38,433 nt of DNA from Chiloscyllium plagiosum (GCF_004010195.1 NC_057755.1:6431474-6469906); one strand, 5' to 3'. Positions 11,101 to 22,575 are shown, counted from the first letter of the stretch. Numbers and translations: made by a program. Notes: a model not told the origin generated them from the letters alone.

Positions 11101-12696
11101 ACTGATGTATTAGTGTAATACCTCCCCAACAGCAGTAACAACCCCACCCCCACCCCCCACCCCCACCCCAGAACATTAGCTCCAGTCTGGTTCAGACGTC
11201 GACCATCCATTTTGTAATAGACCTATCTTCCTCAGAACCGGTCCCAAAGTCCAATAAATCTGAACCCCTCTCTCCCACACCATTCCTCACGTCACGTGTT
11301 CATCCGGCCTTTTTTTTCATTTCTACACTCTCTAGCACGAGATCACTACATTTGAGGTCCTCCTTTTGAACTTCTATTCCAGCTGCAAAAATGAAGCTTT
11401 CAGGTCGTCATCTCGTTTTTTACTTTTATTGTTGGTGCCTATACATAGCAAGGTAACTGGCTGTTCACCCTCCCCTTTCCGAATGCTCTGCAGTCAATCA
11501 GTGACATTCCTGACACGAGCACCTGGGTGTCATACCATCCAGGAGTCCCGCTTTGGCCACAGAACCACCTATCTGCTCACCTGACAATAGAATCCCCTAT
11601 GACTACAACCCTACGAGACTTTTTCCCGCCCTTCTGAACAGCTGTGGGATTTTCCTTAATTCTGCTCGCGAAAGCTATTTCATGCCCCTTTTAGCCTCGT
11701 TTAGGACTGGTCCTTCTCTTCCGATATTTCTCCAGGGCTTATTCTCTTCTTAGCTGCCTGGACCTTATATAAGCTTCCCTTTTCCTCTTGACTAGCTGTA
11801 CGATTTCTCCTGTCATCCACCATTCACGAATCATGCCTTTCCTATCCTTTGACTTCAATGGGACATGCCAATCCTGCACTATCTTTAACCTATCTTTGAA
11901 AGACTCCCACATATCAAATGTGGACTTCTCTTCGAATCGCTGCGTCCAATTCACATTTCCCAGCTCCTGCCGAATTTTGATACGATTGGCCTTCGACCAG
12001 TTTAGTGTTCTTCCCTTTGGACCGCACGCTGTGGGCGGCGGGCCTTTTCCACACTGTAATGTAATGTAATGTAAAGCTGTGCCCACCACAGTGCCATGAT
12101 TTTGGCAAATGCTGCCCTCCCCTGGTGAGCCATCTCCCCTAACAGTATCCAAAGTGGTATGCCTGTTTTGGAGGGAGATGACCGCAGGGGACACCTGAAC
12201 TGCCTTCCCAATCTTTTTTCTGCTTTTCGGTCACTCAGTAACTGTCTCCCTCAGCCATTCAAACCTGTGGTGTGACTAATTCACTAAACGTGCTATCCAC
12301 GACCTCTTCAGAATCGCGGATGCTCCACAGTGAGTCCATCCGCTGTTCCAGAGCCATCATGTAGTCAAACAAAAGCTGCAGCTGGACACTTCTTCCAGGT
12401 CTAAGCCTCAGGTTAGTCAGCCACGTCCCTGAGCTCCCTCATTAAGCAAGAGGCACATGCCACGGGTCTGAGGTCCCATGTCATTGTAAGCTTAGCCGTA
12501 TATCAACTAACGAAAACCAAACAATGCACTTAAATACATGGTAGAAAGGAACAAGCAAAAATAAAATAAAAACCTTACCTTAGAGTCTTTTTTCTTCTGG
12601 TTACAGGAGGGGGACAGGTGGGAGATACTACACGTGTGGTATCTCGGGTTTAGCCACTGCTCAAATATATACGAAGTCCTTTCATTCCTGGAATTC
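8122..12696 (-). mobile_element. Near full-length degenerate CR1-clade LINE (ORF1 SGNH esterase-type; ORF2 APE endonuclease + reverse transcriptase)
   Basis: Minus-strand fragments in the expected order: VVIGDSIVR (ORF1, 11580-11606), DIIVIIETWL and VVMGDFTFPNIEW (APE), PGPDG...PEDWRIAHVVPLYKKG...NYRPVGLT, MDFSKAFDKVP...SGVPQ...KFTDDTK (RT), DLGVQVH (C-terminal). Multiple stops and frameshifts. Confidence 0.92.
11645..12026. repeat. 382-bp direct copy of 9911-10292
   Basis: Both copies encode the same CGPKGRTLNWSKAN...RQLRRE peptide with only a handful of substitutions. Confidence 0.93.
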
Positions 12697-12872
12697 ATTT
12701 TGGAAGGGATAACAAAAATTCGATTACTTAAAAGGCGAAAACTAGCTTTAGGGAAGTGTAGTTAAGGCTGTGGATCATTGCATGGATCAACCATACAATT
12801 CTTAAATGGCAAACTACCTGGAGGGGCCAAATGACATCCTCGTGCTCCTATTTCTTATGACCTTACAAGATA

Positions 12873-13232
12873 CGGCATAGTGGCTCAGTGGTTAGCACTG
12901 CTGCCTCACTGTGCCAGGGATCTGGCTTCAATTTCAGACTTAGTCGATTATCTGTGTGGAGTTTGCACATTCACCCTGTGTCTGTATAGGTTTCCTCCAG
13001 GTGTTCCAGTTTCCTCCCACAATCCAAAGATGGGCAGGCTAGGTGAATTAGCTATGCTAAATTTCCCATAGTGTTCAGGGATGTGTAGGTGAGGTGCATT
13101 AGACACGGGTAAATGTACAGTAATAGGGTAGGGGAATGCGTCTGGGTGAGTTACTCTTGGAGGGCCGGTGTAAACCTGTTGGACCGAAGGGCCTGTTTCC
13201 ACATTGTTGAGGTTCTATGATTCTATTCTATG
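12873..13232 (+). mobile_element. tRNA-derived V-SINE (HE1-like)
   Basis: A box tggctcagtgg, V-domain-like tgtgtggagtttgcacatt...tttcctcccacaatccaaagatg, CR1-like 3' tail ending in ttctatga repeats. Confidence 0.8.
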
Positions 13233-13602
13233 AAACAATATTACGAAGATATCTCACTCAAACTCATGAGAAAGAAACACTTGTCCCGAAGGGTAACTCT
13301 GAGTTCTCACCAGAGATGCTCACAGTTCCAGCAATTTCTGATGTTGTTTCTGATTGCTGTCATCCGCACTTCTTTTGGCTTTTGTCTTCACTATCCAGTG
13401 TGTTTCTGTAACACAGCCATTTCCAAACACACTCCACAGTCCAAATGCAAAAATAACACTTCAACTCTCCTAAATGAATACTACAGAAGGAATTGGAGCA
13501 TTTTAACCTGGGGGAGTCTTACGTGGACGCTACTAAGAATGAGTTCGAGTTCAGCTGGCCTGCTCTTCTGTCTTTCGAGACTTGAAACAAATCAGGTTTA
13601 AA

Positions 13603-13739
13603 TCAACTAGGTAAAAACAATGACTGCAGATGCTGGAAACCAGAGTCTAGATTAGAGTGGTGCTGGAAAAGCACAGCAGTTCAGGCAGCATCCGAAGAGC
13701 AGTAAAATCGACGTTTCGGGCAAGAGCCCTTCATCAGAC
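13603..13739 (-). mobile_element. Penelope-like terminal fragment with 16-bp TSD
   Basis: acaaatcaggtttaaa at 13587-13602 and 13740-13755; the empty site is visible at 37858-37873. Confidence 0.85.
13710..13737 (-). ncRNA. Minimal type I hammerhead ribozyme core motif
   Basis: Minus strand reads CTGATGA-A-GGGC-TCTT-GCCC-GAAAC-GTC: conserved core, perfect stem II, GUC site. The 5' strand of stem I is missing here. Confidence 0.65.
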
Positions 13740-13802
13740 ACAAATCAGGTTTAAACCTGTCACGCATTGATTGTTTGGTCACAGAACACGGAAATCCGAT
13801 TT

Positions 13803-13806
13803 AAAA
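13803..13806 (-). terminator. Pol III T4 terminator of tRNA-Lys
   Basis: AAAA on the plus strand, 4 nt past the tRNA 3' end. Confidence 0.75.
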
Positions 13807-13810
13807 GCAA

Positions 13811-13883
13811 CGCCCGAACAGGGACTTGAACCCTGGACCCTCAGATTAAAAGTCTGATGCTCTACCGACTGAGCTATCCGGGC
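13811..13883 (-). tRNA. tRNA-Lys(TTT), intact
   Basis: Reverse complement reads GCCCGGATAGCTCAGTCGGTAGAGCATCAGACTTTTAATCTGAGGGTCCAGGGTTCAAGTCCCTGTTCGGGCG, the canonical 73-nt vertebrate tRNA-Lys(UUU). A and B boxes are intact; T4 terminator at 13803-13806. Confidence 0.97.
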
Positions 13884-14322
13884 TCTAGTCATTAGCCACT
13901 AACACAGTGACACACACTGGTAAACAGAGAATATTACATTGACCTATTTTATGGGTTTCTCGCACAGAGTTCCTTTCTCACTGTTTACCTCTCCTTCCAC
14001 GATGGTTAATGTTTCCAGCCCAGTGAGACATCGTCACAAATCGCAAATTGCAATTCACTGCAACCTGATCTCTGAAATAAACTCCGTTTTCCAAATGGCT
14101 GCAACAGAACGTCTGAAGCAAAATGTATGAGGAGTAAGTGCCGCTGTTGGACTGGGTTGGACAAAGTTAAAATCACACCACGCCGGTTTATACTCCAGCA
14201 GGTTTATTTAAAGACAGAGGAAGGACAGGGAGCGAACTGAAGAAGGTGCTCCGAAACACTTTGGTTCCAAATCAACTCCAATACCGACACCAGTGTTTCT
14301 GGGAGCAGGCGGCTTGGCTGTT

Positions 14323-14400
14323 AGTTCCTTAGTGTAGTGGTTCTCATGTTTGTGTTGTATATCGATAGCCTTGGGTTCGAGCCCCAGTTAAAAAAAAACA
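14323..14400 (+). pseudogene. tRNA-Val pseudogene retaining A and B boxes
   Basis: tagtgtagtgg (14330-14340) and ggttcgagccc (14374-14384) are intact; the anticodon arm is scrambled and an A run replaces the 3' acceptor strand. Confidence 0.8.
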
Positions 14401-14544
14401 TCGAGCTTTGGTGCACTTTGACTGAAATGATTGGAAAGTTGTGATGACTTGCACGTTGCCATTCAAATATGAACCAGGAGTCCAACATGCTGAAACGAAA
14501 TATTGATAAGTCACGCAGAGGCCCGAGCTAACCAGACAGTGAGA

Positions 14545-14868
14545 CAGTCGTGGAGATGAATGGCACCTAAATAGACCCTTCCATCCATACTGAACAGATG
14601 TTCTGCGCTAATTTTGCCGCATATCCCGGCACCTTACCCATATCCCTCTAAACCCTTCCTGTTCATAGACCCATCCAAATGCCTTTCAATTGTTGTAATT
14701 GTTCCAGCCTCCACCACTTCCTCTGGCAGCTCATTCCAATACACGCACCACCCACTACGTGAACACGTCGCCACTTAGGTCTCTTTTAAATGTTTCCCTC
14801 TCCCCCTGAACTTATGCCCCCCAGTTCTGGACTCCCACACCGCAGGGAAAAGACCTTGTTTGTTTACC
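14545..14868 (-). mobile_element. CR1 3' fragment
   Basis: ESRTGGHKF motif and UTR; paralogous to 36775-37100. Confidence 0.8.
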
Positions 14869-16409
14869 CGAATACAGTTGCCCTCACTTTCTAAACCCCT
14901 CTGTTTTTCTGCCCCTTCCCAAGTTTTGCTTCTACACCAATTATGTGACACCCCTCCCATTTCTCACACCCTGCTTTTTGGCCCCCTCTCCCAGTGCAGT
15001 GTCCCTTTTGACTCTGATCCTCCCACGCCATTATACCACCCCACATAAAAGCCCCTTTTAACAACCCTGTGTCCTATATTCCATGAAAGCCCACCCCCTG
15101 AACTTTGGCTAAATGAGTCTGTGTGGAAAGACCTGCCTGTGACTGTACCGCCCACCCCAGCTTCATCGACGCACAGCAAGATCCCAGTCCCAAAATCTCT
15201 GACGCCTTACACACCAGGAAGAGGATGTTCGGCTCATCGTGCCTACCCTCTCCACCCCGTGAAATGATGTGGGGCCTCAGGATTTGCCCCCGAATGGCCC
15301 TCATTAAATCCGATTTCCTGGGGAGACCTCTCCTCCCTGCTACCCCATCCTGCCACCACACAGTGAGTGCATGCAGAGACTGACCATGGGGATGCACAGC
15401 AAGATCCCAGTCCCCTGCCATTCCCTGTCGCTCCACCCACTCACTGAGAAAGGGGCTTTATCTGACACTCGAACCCCTACCCCAGTTTGTCCCTTTCCCC
15501 AAATACTCTCCACCTATTGCCACCCCCTGGATGTTCTGTCCGTCCCCAGTTTCACAGTCCCCACCAAATCTTCCCCTCCTCCCACGCCCTCCTGCCTAAT
15601 TGCCCCCTCCTGGTGTAGCTTTATTCCCCTCCATACACTGATCTTCCCATAGATCCCCCTTCCATAGTTGATGTCCCCCAACCTGTATCATCCACTATTT
15701 TGCATCTCTCAATTTTGCCCCCCAGTCAAATTGTACACTTCCAGAATCACCCCAACAATCTTGCCCCCTGCCAATTGTGCCCAGAACTGGGGGAGTCAAA
15801 AATGGGAGCTGGGGTAATATATTTTCTCTCATTTTGTCCCGCTCCATTTTTTTTGTTCCTCCCCAGTTTTTTGAAACTGCCTCAATTGAGCAACTTCCTC
15901 CCCCACCGACCCCAACTCCAGTTTTCTGCCCCAGCATTTTTGGCCATCCCTAGAGTTTTTACCCCACCCAACTCTTGCACTTTCCCTCAAACATTTTGCG
16001 CACCCCCACCTTGCCCTGGTCTAATTGCCCTTTCTCCATACTGCCCCCTCTGCCATTCCTACCTGCATCGCCCCACTAGATATAAAAGCCCCCTTTGTGT
16101 CTCCATCATGTACAATAACCATCTCCCCTCCCCTCCCCACCTTCACTGGGCCCTCGCCCCTGGGCTGGAGGGGGTAGGGCACGGGGAGGATGCACACTGA
16201 CTGACTGGCCTTTAAACTGTGTGCTTTTTCATGCACAGCAAGATCCCATGCTCCCCCTCCACCTTTCTCAGTGAGAAAGGGGCTTTTTCTCCCCCACCCC
16301 CACCCCCACTCACCATTGGGACAACAAAGGGAGACACAGGGAACAGCAAGATCCCACTGTGATAACAGCATGTGCGGCACCAAGTGCTCCTGAGTTCAAA
16401 TCTACCCTG

Positions 16410-16789
16410 GGACAGGAACAGCAGGACAGAGGGAGGGAGGGACAGATAGGGAGGGGGAGAGAAAGCGAGTGAAATGAGGGACAGAGAGAAAGGGAGTAGA
16501 GAAAGCGAGTGAGATGAGGGACAGAGACTGAGGGAGGGACACAGAGTGAGCCAAGGAAAGATCCTGGGGAGAGACAGAAGGACAGAGATGGGGGGAGAGA
16601 GAGAGAGGCACAGTGTGAAACCAGGGAAAGAGAGAGAGAAACACCCAGGCAGAGAGAACAAAGGACAGAGAAAGATCCCAGGGAATGAAACTCCCAGGGA
16701 GAGAAACAGAGGACAGACAGGAGAGACTGTAATACCCAGGGAGAGAACAGGACAGAGAGAACAAAACACTTAGGGAGGGGTAGACAGGA

Positions 16790-16826
<37 letters not shown>

Positions 16827-16830
16827 GGGG
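16410..16830. repeat. GA-rich low-complexity tract
   Basis: Purine-rich stretch ending in (GA)n before the gap; a (CT)n-rich tract follows the gap at 17687-17740. Confidence 0.85.
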
Positions 16831-16846
16831 TGGAATGCCTAACACA

Positions 16847-17671
16847 NNNNNNNNNNNNNNNNNNNNNNNNNNNNNNNNNNNNNNNNNNNNNNNNNNNNNN
16901 NNNNNNNNNNNNNNNNNNNNNNNNNNNNNNNNNNNNNNNNNNNNNNNNNNNNNNNNNNNNNNNNNNNNNNNNNNNNNNNNNNNNNNNNNNNNNNNNNNNN
17001 NNNNNNNNNNNNNNNNNNNNNNNNNNNNNNNNNNNNNNNNNNNNNNNNNNNNNNNNNNNNNNNNNNNNNNNNNNNNNNNNNNNNNNNNNNNNNNNNNNNN
17101 NNNNNNNNNNNNNNNNNNNNNNNNNNNNNNNNNNNNNNNNNNNNNNNNNNNNNNNNNNNNNNNNNNNNNNNNNNNNNNNNNNNNNNNNNNNNNNNNNNNN
17201 NNNNNNNNNNNNNNNNNNNNNNNNNNNNNNNNNNNNNNNNNNNNNNNNNNNNNNNNNNNNNNNNNNNNNNNNNNNNNNNNNNNNNNNNNNNNNNNNNNNN
17301 NNNNNNNNNNNNNNNNNNNNNNNNNNNNNNNNNNNNNNNNNNNNNNNNNNNNNNNNNNNNNNNNNNNNNNNNNNNNNNNNNNNNNNNNNNNNNNNNNNNN
17401 NNNNNNNNNNNNNNNNNNNNNNNNNNNNNNNNNNNNNNNNNNNNNNNNNNNNNNNNNNNNNNNNNNNNNNNNNNNNNNNNNNNNNNNNNNNNNNNNNNNN
17501 NNNNNNNNNNNNNNNNNNNNNNNNNNNNNNNNNNNNNNNNNNNNNNNNNNNNNNNNNNNNNNNNNNNNNNNNNNNNNNNNNNNNNNNNNNNNNNNNNNNN
17601 NNNNNNNNNNNNNNNNNNNNNNNNNNNNNNNNNNNNNNNNNNNNNNNNNNNNNNNNNNNNNNNNNNNNNNN
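16847..17671. other. Assembly gap
   Basis: N run. Confidence 0.99.
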
Positions 17672-18404
17672 AAGTATCTGATTATTCTCTCTCTATCTAT
17701 CTATCTCTCTCTCTCTCTCTCTCTTCCTCTCTCTCTCCCTGGTTCCAGCTCTTCTCTGACAATTTCTCAGGAAGAAGAATTCGAGTCCATCTGTGTCTGC
17801 ACCATACCTAGTTTCAGCTCCTGAATCCAATCTCGTCTCGGCGGGTGTGGAGCTTGGGCGTTTGGGGATGGGGACAGACAGAGAAATAAACATTAATTTG
17901 AAATAAAATGCAACAATGGCACAGCAAGATCCCACTATTCTCTGCTTTCCACACTCTCAAACTTTACCCTGCGGCAATGGTTAAGTTTATTTATTGCAGA
18001 ATTAATGCATTGCAGAGCATCACAGCAACAGCAAAATAAAAAGAAATCACCATAAAGCATTTTAACAGAGGTTAGAAACATTAGTAAACACACACAGCAA
18101 GATACCACAAGCAACAGTGTAACCACAGACAGTGCATGTGTGTCACTGATACTGGTTAACAGTTCAATCCTGTCTCCAGAATGACAGAGAGGGGCCAATC
18201 CTACTGGTTGACAAACTACAAACATTGCCCTTTTCTCCTTTTGCCCCCTTCCTTGTTCTTGTTCTGTTGCCCCTCTCGCACTCTCACTCTCCTTCCTCTT
18301 TCGCTCACTCTCCATTTTTCATATCTCTCCCTCCCTGTCTGTCTCTGACTTAATCCTGTACACTGTAATCATTATTCCCCTCACCACTGAAAATAACACT
18401 GCAT

Positions 18405-18835
18405 GGGATGGTTTTGTTTGTATGAAAACTCAACAAAAGAAAACAGGAGAGAAAGACAGACAGAGACCCACCCCCACCCACATTGCCCCCTCAACCTGTT
18501 TCTTATTTCTGCGATTATCACATTTTATCCCCTGGGCCTATACACATCTCACTTCACTCTGACATTAGAATGTGGCTTGGAGAGAGTTTCTCATTTAAGT
18601 TATTAATTCCCTCCTCGGGGAGGCCTTCTTCCCACAATCTGGGGGTTAACCTGTTTTTGTCACAATCACAGGGCCATGGTTACTTTAACCACAGGCTTCA
18701 AATCTGTTTTAAAAATGACAGGGCCACAGTCTGACAGGACCCATTTAAACAGAAGCCCCTACAAACCAGGCCCCACCTCCCCAAGAGGAGGTGAAACCTC
18801 GGGATAATAAACAGACAACCACTCAGCTGGGCCCC
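18405..18835. repeat. Unclassified ~430-bp segment duplicated at 37104-37541
   Basis: gatggttttgtttg...gaaaactcaacaaaagaaaac...aacctcgggataataaacagac shared by both copies. Confidence 0.85.
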
Positions 18836-19187
18836 TACGGGCTGCAGCCTGGCCAACAGGCCTCAGGCTTCAGTCCAAAGCTCCCCCTCTGGAGGTTATT
18901 CATGTCCAAGACTTTCTTGGCCCCAATCATTTTGAATCTTCAATTTGCAGTTCTCCCAACAAAGGCTCCTTTGGATAAAAGAGAGAGAAGTTGAGTTGAA
19001 AGGGGGAGCAAGAGCACATTGATGCAAAATGACACATCAAAATGCCAGGGTTAAAAACATCCTCCTTTCCACATCCCCATCCCCAATGCATTGCATGACA
19101 CCACAGCAACATTAAATTACAAATAAATCATAAAACATGAATTAACCAGAGGCTGGAATCATTCAAACACACACACACAGATACTCC

Positions 19188-19298
<111 letters not shown>

Positions 19299-19334
19299 AA
19301 CACAGCAACGGGGAGATCATGGGTTTGACATCTG

Positions 19335-19895
19335 AAATCTAATTGAAGTGTTCTGGGTGTTCTTATATCGACTAAGAGATAACCCAGAGTGAGTTACAAA
19401 CAGAAATATAATCGAGGGGTTCTGGGTATATCCAATAACAGACACCCGGGAGTGAGCGACAGATTTGAACCTTTTCAAGGAGTTTTGGCTGCTTATATTT
19501 GGAATAACAGCTATCCAGGAGCGAGTTACGGACTAGAATCTAATCAAGGGATCAGGGATGAGTTATATAAGCAATAACAGATACTGAGAGTGAGTTTCAG
19601 ACTTGAATCAATGGTATCTAGGGAGAGAATAAGGCCCATCAAGGATCAGCAAAGCATCCTCTGTGTAGAACTGCAGGAGATGATGAGATTCTGATCAAGT
19701 ACTGAGTTATAGACTGGAATCTCTTCAAAGGTTTTCTGGTTTATATTAAGAATAAGAGATGCTTGGGAGTAGTTAAAGATTCAAATCTCATCGCGGGGTA
19801 CAGGTTGGTTTTTATACAGAACAACAATAGCCAGGATAGAGTTGCAGACTGCAGTCTAATCAAGGGTTTTGCGGTGGTTTTGATATAGAATAAGA
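19335..19895. repeat. Degenerate block of the same 70-bp satellite
   Basis: Repeated gagtgagttac / gaatctaatc / aataacag motifs. Confidence 0.8.
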
Positions 19896-20302
19896 GTTGT
19901 TTATTCAGGTTTTGTGCATTTGAGCCTCTCAGATATTTGGAGTGTAGTACGTAAGTAAGACATTGCTGGAATGTGACATTGTCTCTCTGCATTCACTGTA
20001 AACAAATGATGGAATTTGCATTTTAATCATCTTCAGAGAGTTGTCTCCATTTCCTCCCTCTGCAAGGATCTATCAATGGAAATGGATTTTGACACATTCC
20101 CTCCTTTCCCTTGCTGATCCCCAATTCAGCCAGGCAGACATCTTACATTTGTTCACAATTGCCATTTAATATTAGCACAGCACTGACATTGACTTTATAA
20201 ATCGAAAAAAGCAAGAGACATTGGCAACATCAATACAGTTTGAAAATATTGAACATTGGACCCACACTGACATCTAAGATCCTCTGACCCTAAACCAGCC
20301 GC

Positions 20303-20328
20303 NNNNNNNNNNNNNNNNNNNNNNNNNN
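20303..20328. other. Assembly gap
   Basis: N run. Confidence 0.99.
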
Positions 20329-20744
20329 AGATGACTGGACAGATTGTGGAGATAATTGCTGAGGTTCTATCTCAGAAGTTTCCTGATCTGTGATACTCCA
20401 ACATGTAACTCTCCCTGCCTGTCCTTCATTTCTACATTTACATCAACTGTGTGTGATTATGTGTGATTGTGTTTCTGTCTGTGAGTGAGTGTTTCTGTGT
20501 GAGTGAGAGATCGTGCCTGGGTATGTCCAGTTTGAGTGTCAATGATTCCATGATTGAACTCGTGTGGGTTTCTCTCACACACGAACTCTGAAACACACAC
20601 AAGCACACACACAGACCTGCTCATTGCCTGTCATAATCATACACACACACTCTCATGCACACACATTTTCACGCACACACACTGACTCACTCACACATTT
20701 GCACCCTCTCACTCTCATTCTCAATCTTCCAACAAATCAGTGTT

Positions 20745-21710
20745 CAGGGGCTTTATGTATCGAATAATGAATACTTCAGAGTGAGTTACTGACTGGAATC
20801 TAATCAAGGGTTCAGTGGGGATTTACATGCACAGTAACAGATACCCGGGAGTAAGTTACAGGCTGGCATCTAATTGACGGCTTCAGGGTGGTTTATGTAT
20901 GGAATCACAGATACCCGGGAGTGAGTTCAGACAGGAATCTAATCAAGGGGCTCAGGATGGTTTATATAAAGAATAACAGATACCCACAAGTGAGTTACAG
21001 ACTGGAATCTAATCGAGGAGTTCAGGGTGGTTTATATACAGAATAACAGATACCCTGGAGTGAGTTACAGACTGGAATCTAATCGAGGGGTTCAGGGTGG
21101 TTTATATACTGAATAACAGACACTCCGCAGTGAGTTACAGACTGGAATCTAATCGAGGAGTCCAAGGTGATTTATGTATGGAATACCGGATACCCGGGAG
21201 TGAGTTCAGACTTCAATCAAATGAAAGTGTTCCATATGGTTCATCTGTGGAGTAACAGTTGCACATGAGTGAATTAAAGATGGCAATCTACTCGAGGGAT
21301 TTGGGGTGGTTTAGATCTGGAATATCAGATACCCAGGAGAGAGTTACAGACTGTAATCTAATTGAGAGTGTTGGGATGGTTTATACTAGGAACAGCAGAC
21401 ACCCAGAAGACTGTTACACACTGTAATCTAATTGAGAGTTTCGGGAACAAACAGATACATGGAAGCGAGTTACAGACTCTAATCTAATTCAGGGTTACAG
21501 TGCTGGTTATATATGGAATGACAGTTATCCAGGAGTGACCTCCACACTGGCATCTAATCAAGGGTTCAGTATGGTTCATATATGAAATAATTGATACCGG
21601 GGAGTGAGTTACAGACTGGAAAATCATCGACGGTGACGATGGTTTGGATATGGAGCAATCGATACCCAGAAGTGAGGTAGAGACTGGAATCGAATGGAGA
21701 GGTTCAGGTG
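20745..21710. repeat. 70-bp tandem satellite
   Basis: gaataacagatacccgggagtgagttacagactggaatctaatcgaggggttcagggtggtttatata-type unit; gaataacaga recurs at 20971, 21041 and 21111. Confidence 0.92.
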
Positions 21711-21714
21711 GTTT

Positions 21715-22575
21715 GTTTTTGTGACAAAGTGGATGACTTCATGTTTATCCACATTATATTTGCATTGGCCAAGTATTTGCCCACTCAGCCAGTCTGTCCA
21801 AGTCACCCTGCAGCCTCTTAGCATCCTTCTCCTAGCACCCGCTGCCACACAGCTTAGTATCATCTGCACGTTTGAACATATGGCATTCAATTCCCTCGTC
21901 CAAATAAATAATGTGTATTGTGAACAGCGGGGAAGAGGGTGGGCAGCACTGCACCGTATGGTACCCCACTCATCACTGCCTGATGTCTGAAAATGACCCA
22001 TTTGCTCTAACTCTCTGCTTCCTGTCTGCCAACCAGTAGTCTATCCATGGCATGATATTACCCCCAATGCCATAAGCTTTAATGCTCCTTACTCATCTCT
22101 TGTGTGGGACCTTGCCAAAAGAATTTTGAAAGTTCAGAGACACAACATCCACCGATTCACCCTTGTCCACCCTCCTTGGAACATCCTGAAAACATGCTAG
22201 ATGAATTGTTAAGCATGAATTCCCATTAGTGAACCCATGCTGACATCGATCCTGTCCTGGCTTTCCAAATGCTCAGTTATTTCATCCTTAATACTTAACT
22301 CCAGCACTGATGTCAGGCTAAACGGCCTATGATGTATTTTTTTCTCTCTCCCACTTTTAAAGCGTGGAGTTACAGTAGCTATGCTCCAGTCCATTGGAAC
22401 TTTTCCAGAGTATACAGAATGCTGGAAAATGATCACCAATGTGTCCGCTATTTCCAGGGCCACTTCCTTAAGTACTCTGGGATGCAGAGCATCATGCCAT
22501 GGGGACTTATGGGGTTTTAATCCCAACAATTTCCCCCATTTACTAACGAATAAGGATTTCCTTCAGTTCCTCCTT
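21715..22575 (-). mobile_element. Old CR1-clade reverse transcriptase fragments
   Basis: LHPRVLKEVALEIADTLVIIFQ...VPMDWSIATVTP and YNVDKHEVIHF motifs. Confidence 0.8.

Noticed and set aside
12873..12935. tRNA-like sequence as an additional tRNA gene
   Set aside because: It is the head of a V-SINE and lacks a complete cloverleaf.
16212..16845. Long Ser/Leu/Pro-rich ORFs
   Set aside because: Products of the GA/CT low-complexity tract.
16830..17824. 283-aa and 329-aa ORFs
   Set aside because: Almost entirely N gap.
17935..18315. ORF with a hydrophobic, transmembrane-like stretch
   Set aside because: It overlaps a purine tract and a SINE-like motif, with no recognisable domain or splice support.
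20745..21710. Regularly spaced repeats resembling a CRISPR array
   Set aside because: The whole 70-bp unit repeats with no unique spacers, there are no cas genes, and the context is vertebrate.
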